Below the pieces are notes generated by a model. It did not search any database. It was not told where the DNA came from and was given only the letters and a program-made list of their open reading frames with translations. Below are positions 60,481 through 64,000 of a stretch of DNA of 64,000 nt, piece after piece. How positions within the stretch are numbered: position 1 is the first letter of the stretch; every line of letters begins with the position of its first letter. The translations under genes were made by a program, and so were the position numbers. This stretch comes from Octopus sinensis (Eukaryota): positions 46,376,001 through 46,440,000 of the forward strand of contig NC_043014.1 in assembly GCF_006345805.1 (NCBI RefSeq), read 5' to 3'.

Positions 60481-60528
<48 letters not shown>

Positions 60529-60586
60529 CGCACGCACGCACGCACACACACTCACACACACGCACACACACACAGACACTCACATA

Positions 60587-60635
<49 letters not shown>
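60310..60635. repeat. (CA)n compound microsatellite
   Basis: Direct inspection. Confidence 0.9.
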
Positions 60636-60638
<3 letters not shown>

Positions 60639-61134
60639 AACAAACAAAATATAATTTCATATAACAAATATTTCGATAAACTAAAACTCCTATTGTATGT
60701 AATACTGTATTCCAACAGAAGCACCATTGGAATCTTTTTTACTTTGGATTTTGTTTTCACTATTTCTCTCTTTTTGTTTTCTTTCATTTATTTCATTTTA
60801 TTTCAAATGCTGACCTTTTTTAGTAATTCATTAATTACAGTCGTAACCTCTTTATTTTCTCTGTAGTGCAGCACATGTTTTTCTAGCGAGCTCCTCTTTC
60901 AATACCAATTTTGGAGAAACTGTAAAATTACCTCACATTTTTGTCTCGCGCTTATCGATGCATTCAATGCCTTCTGCAGATTTCATTAACTTATTTCTGC
61001 TTTTATTGTTTACTCAAATAATTTCTAACATCTGTGATAAAAGCCGACATCAATTTTACACTTTCACTGAGGTTAGAAGCTCTTTTTTTTTTTTATTATA
61101 CTACTCTTTCACTCGTTTCAGTCATTTTTACTGT

Positions 61135-61440
61135 GGCCATATGGCTCAGTGGTTAGAGCGTCGAGCTTATGATCGTGAGGTTGTGAGCTCGAATCCCGGA
61201 CCGGGCTGGGTGTTGTGTTCTTGAGCAAGGCACTTTATTTCACGTTGCTCCAGTTCACTCAGCTGTAGAAATGAGTTGCGACGTCACTGGTGCCAAGCTG
61301 TATCGACCTTTGTCTTTCCCTTGGATAACACTGGTGGCGTGGAGAGGGGAGGCTGGTATGCATGGGCGACTGCTGGTCTTCCATAAACAACCTTGCCCGG
61401 ACTTGTGTCTAGGAGGGTAACTTTCTAGGTGCAATCCCAT
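61135..61440 (+). mobile_element. SINE family B-type (CORE-like centre, distinct tail)
   Basis: tggctcagtggttagagcg...gctcgaatccc head; ttgagcaaggcactttatttcacgttgctccag centre. Confidence 0.7.
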
Positions 61441-61802
61441 GCTGGAGCACTGCCTTTAATCGAGCAACTCGACTCCGGGACTCATTCTTTTGTAAGCCCA
61501 GTACTCATTCTATCGGTCTCTTTTGTCGAACCGCTAAGTTATTGGGACATAAACACACCAGCATCGGTTGTCAAGCGATGTTGGGAGGACAAACACAGAC
61601 ACACAAACATATACACACATACATATATATCTATATATACGACGGGCTTCTTTCAGTTTCCGTCTACCAAATCCACTCACAAGGCTTTGGTCGGCCCGAG
61701 GCTATAGTAGAAGACACTTGCCCAAGGTGCCACGCAGTGGGGCTGAACCCGGAACCGTGTGGTTGGTAAACAAGCTACTTACCACACAGCCACTCCTGCA
61801 CC
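61440..61802 (-). mobile_element. SINE family A
   Basis: Reverse match to 1015-1422. Confidence 0.85.
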
Positions 61803-62179
61803 TTTTTTTTTTTTTTAGATTTTCCCTCTTTAAATACCATCAAAAATTAGTACCCCCCCTCTCTCGCCGTAAGCAGTTATCTTTTATCATTTATTAGTTT
61901 CACTCTTTGGACTGCGACTACGCTGGGGCCTGCTGGGGGGCCACACTTTGTAGTACTCGTATAAGCCTGGTACTTACTTATTCTGTCAGTGTCTTTTGCC
62001 GAACTGCTAAGTTGCAAGGGACATAAACAAACAAACACCGGTTCTCAAGAAGTGGTGGAGGACAAGCACAAAGACACATGCACACGCATGCACACACAAA
62101 CACACACGCACACAAACACACACGCACACATACACACACGCACACAAACACACATGTACGACAAGCTTCTTTCAGTTTC

Positions 62180-62390
62180 TTATTTCTTTACTACCCACAA
62201 GGGGCTAAACACAGAGGAGACAAACAAGGACAGACAAAGGGATTAAGTCGATTACATCGACCCCAGTGCATAACTGGTACTTAATTTATTGACCCCGAAA
62301 GGATGAAAAGCAAAGTCGACCTCGGTAGAATTTGAACTCAGAACATAAAGACAGATGAAATGCTGTTATGCATTTTGCCAGGCATGCTTA
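62180..62390 (-). mobile_element. SINE family C
   Basis: Reverse match to 63486-63718. Confidence 0.75.
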
Positions 62391-62782
62391 TGATTTTTCC
62401 GGTTCACCACCTTAAAAATAACAACAACAACAACAAAAACAACAATAATAATAAAATAATGATATTACCAACAACAATTTTTGATATAGTCACAAGACCA
62501 GACACTGGGGGCAGGGACATAGATAATTATATCAACTTCAATATTTGACTGTAACTTTATTTTATCAAACGCAGTAGGATAGATGGCAAAGCTGACCTTG
62601 ATGAAATATGAAACCATGTGTAAAAAGCTGGACCAAATACTGCAAAGTATAAAGTGTTGTAATTATATACTCCAACCATGTTGTTGGCCTTGCCCTATTA
62701 ATTTTTTTGTCATAGACCACTCAATCATAAAGGTGGTAATAAAACATTTTTACCTGTATAACTTAAAGGAATTTCAATGTTA

Positions 62783-63349
62783 TTGGGTTGTCCGGAAAGT
62801 TTGTGCCGATTTATAGCAGCTTACCTTTCGACTTATTTTAGAACGTGGTTGAGTCCATGAAATAGGATTTGATTACACCTCCATTTATAGCACAGTTTAA
62901 GAAATTCTTTTTGTGGAAGAAGGTTTATGTTGCTATAACCTGTGTTAATTCTATAACCCTTCAAAATGGAAGATAAGAAAGTTCATTTTCAGCACTTGAT
63001 GCTTTGGGAACCAGACAAAAATTTCTGCAGCTCGGCTGGGATGTGTTACCCCACCTTCCATATTCCCCAGATATTGCTCCTTCGGATTTCCACTTATTCA
63101 GGTCTCTGCAGAATAGTCTTAATGGTAAAAATTTCAATTCCTTGGATGACGTAAATAGATACCTTGATGAATTCTTTGCCATGAAACTACCTCAATTCTG
63201 GGAAGAGGGTATTTTCAAGTTAAAGAAAAGATGGAAACGCATTGTGCAACAAAATGGTTCATATTTGGTTGATTAAAAATGTAATGGCAAGTTTTTATTG
63301 ACCTTTTCCTTTCCTTTAAAAATTGGCACGAACCTTCCGGACAACCCAA
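62783..63349 (+). mobile_element. Internally deleted mariner element with TIRs, TA TSD and transposase remnants
   Basis: 30-bp TIRs TTGGGTTGTCCGGAA... (27/30 match), TA on both sides; N-terminal MEDKKVHFQHLMLW joined out of frame to TRQKFLQLGWDVLPHLPYSPDIAPSDFHLF...QNGSYLVD*. Confidence 0.92.
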
Positions 63350-63485
63350 TACATTTAGAATAGAATAAGATCAATTTTTTTTTCTTTTAAGATTTTATTG
63401 TTGGGGAAGGAGCTGTGATCCCTTGGTAAACCAGAGATAGTGGCATTCTTAATGTTCCTTTTGAATGGTTGCAATTGATGGTGGT

Positions 63486-63718
63486 AGGCGGCGAGCTGGC
63501 AGAAACATTAGCACGCCGGGCGAAATGCGTAGCCGTATTTCATCTGCCGTTACGCTCTGAGTTCAAATTCCGCCGAGGTCGACTTTGCCTTTCATCCTTT
63601 CAGGGTCGATAAATTAAGTACCAGATACGCACTGGGGTCGATGTAATCGACTTAATCTGTTTGTCTGTCCTTGTTTGTCCTCTCCGTGTTTAGCCCTTGT
63701 GGGTAGTAAAGAAATAAG
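63486..63718 (+). mobile_element. SINE family C, full length
   Basis: aggcggcgagctggcagaa head, gagttcaaattccgcc B-box-like, Nin-like centre, gggtagtaaagaaata tail. Confidence 0.85.
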
Positions 63719-64000
63719 TTGTAGTTAAAAAACAGGGGCAAGGATGAAATTTAAGAGAGTTGATATTCTGTAGAGTAAGGACACCAGCTCATCATGGTTA
63801 GCATGGGGCCCTATGGAGATGTGTCATGGATATGATATAATAGAGTGAAAAGAAGAGGTGACTAAGTTGGATTGCCCAAGTAGACAAGACATGAAACCAT
63901 CCAGCTCCTAGGAGCAGTGGTCACTTTCATAATGATAGACAAGGCAGAGAGATGAGGAAGTGGACATATGTATAATTTTGAGGTTGGGATATGTTAGTAA

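Larger units (their letters stand above)
51984..64000 (+). other. Putative Piezo intron 2 (5' part)
   Basis: Begins with canonical GTAAGT; no downstream Piezo exon recognised in the window. Inference. Confidence 0.6.

Noticed and set aside
60980-61071. AG/GT-bounded open segment DFINLFLLLLFTQIISNIC... as possible Piezo exon 3
   Set aside because: No G-H-T-G-R-like start expected after exon 2; AT-rich sequence gives hydrophobic translations by chance; weak donor.

Overview
This is AT-rich, repeat-dense eukaryotic DNA, most likely Octopus (inferred from recalled SINE and microsatellite families, not a database search). The only host coding sequence I can support is one 96-nt, phase 1-1 exon at 51888-51983 (+). 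It translates to (G)CLVRYSGLSLIYGILLLLTPLFKSPTIESLR(G) and aligns without gaps to exon 2 of Piezo channels as I recall it. The window is therefore probably the end of a Piezo intron 1 longer than 51 kb, exon 2, and the start of intron 2; exons 1 and 3 were not found. The rest is mostly three tRNA-derived SINE families, RTE LINE remnants (one 2.6 kb copy with RT and an embedded PHD-like finger, plus many (GAT)n-tailed 3' fragments), CR1 fragments, two Tc1/mariner remnants, several MITE families, local satellites and microsatellites. The most unusual structures are a twin-priming-like inverted RTE insertion, a spacer-MITE-spacer-MITE-spacer array with exact 145-bp spacers, a SINE with a 7x amplified tRNA-like head, a 45-bp target-site duplication (TSD), and long fold-back repeats near the Piezo exon. 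No CRISPR, rRNA or true tRNA genes were seen, and I found no new multi-gene system. Repeat boundaries are approximate.
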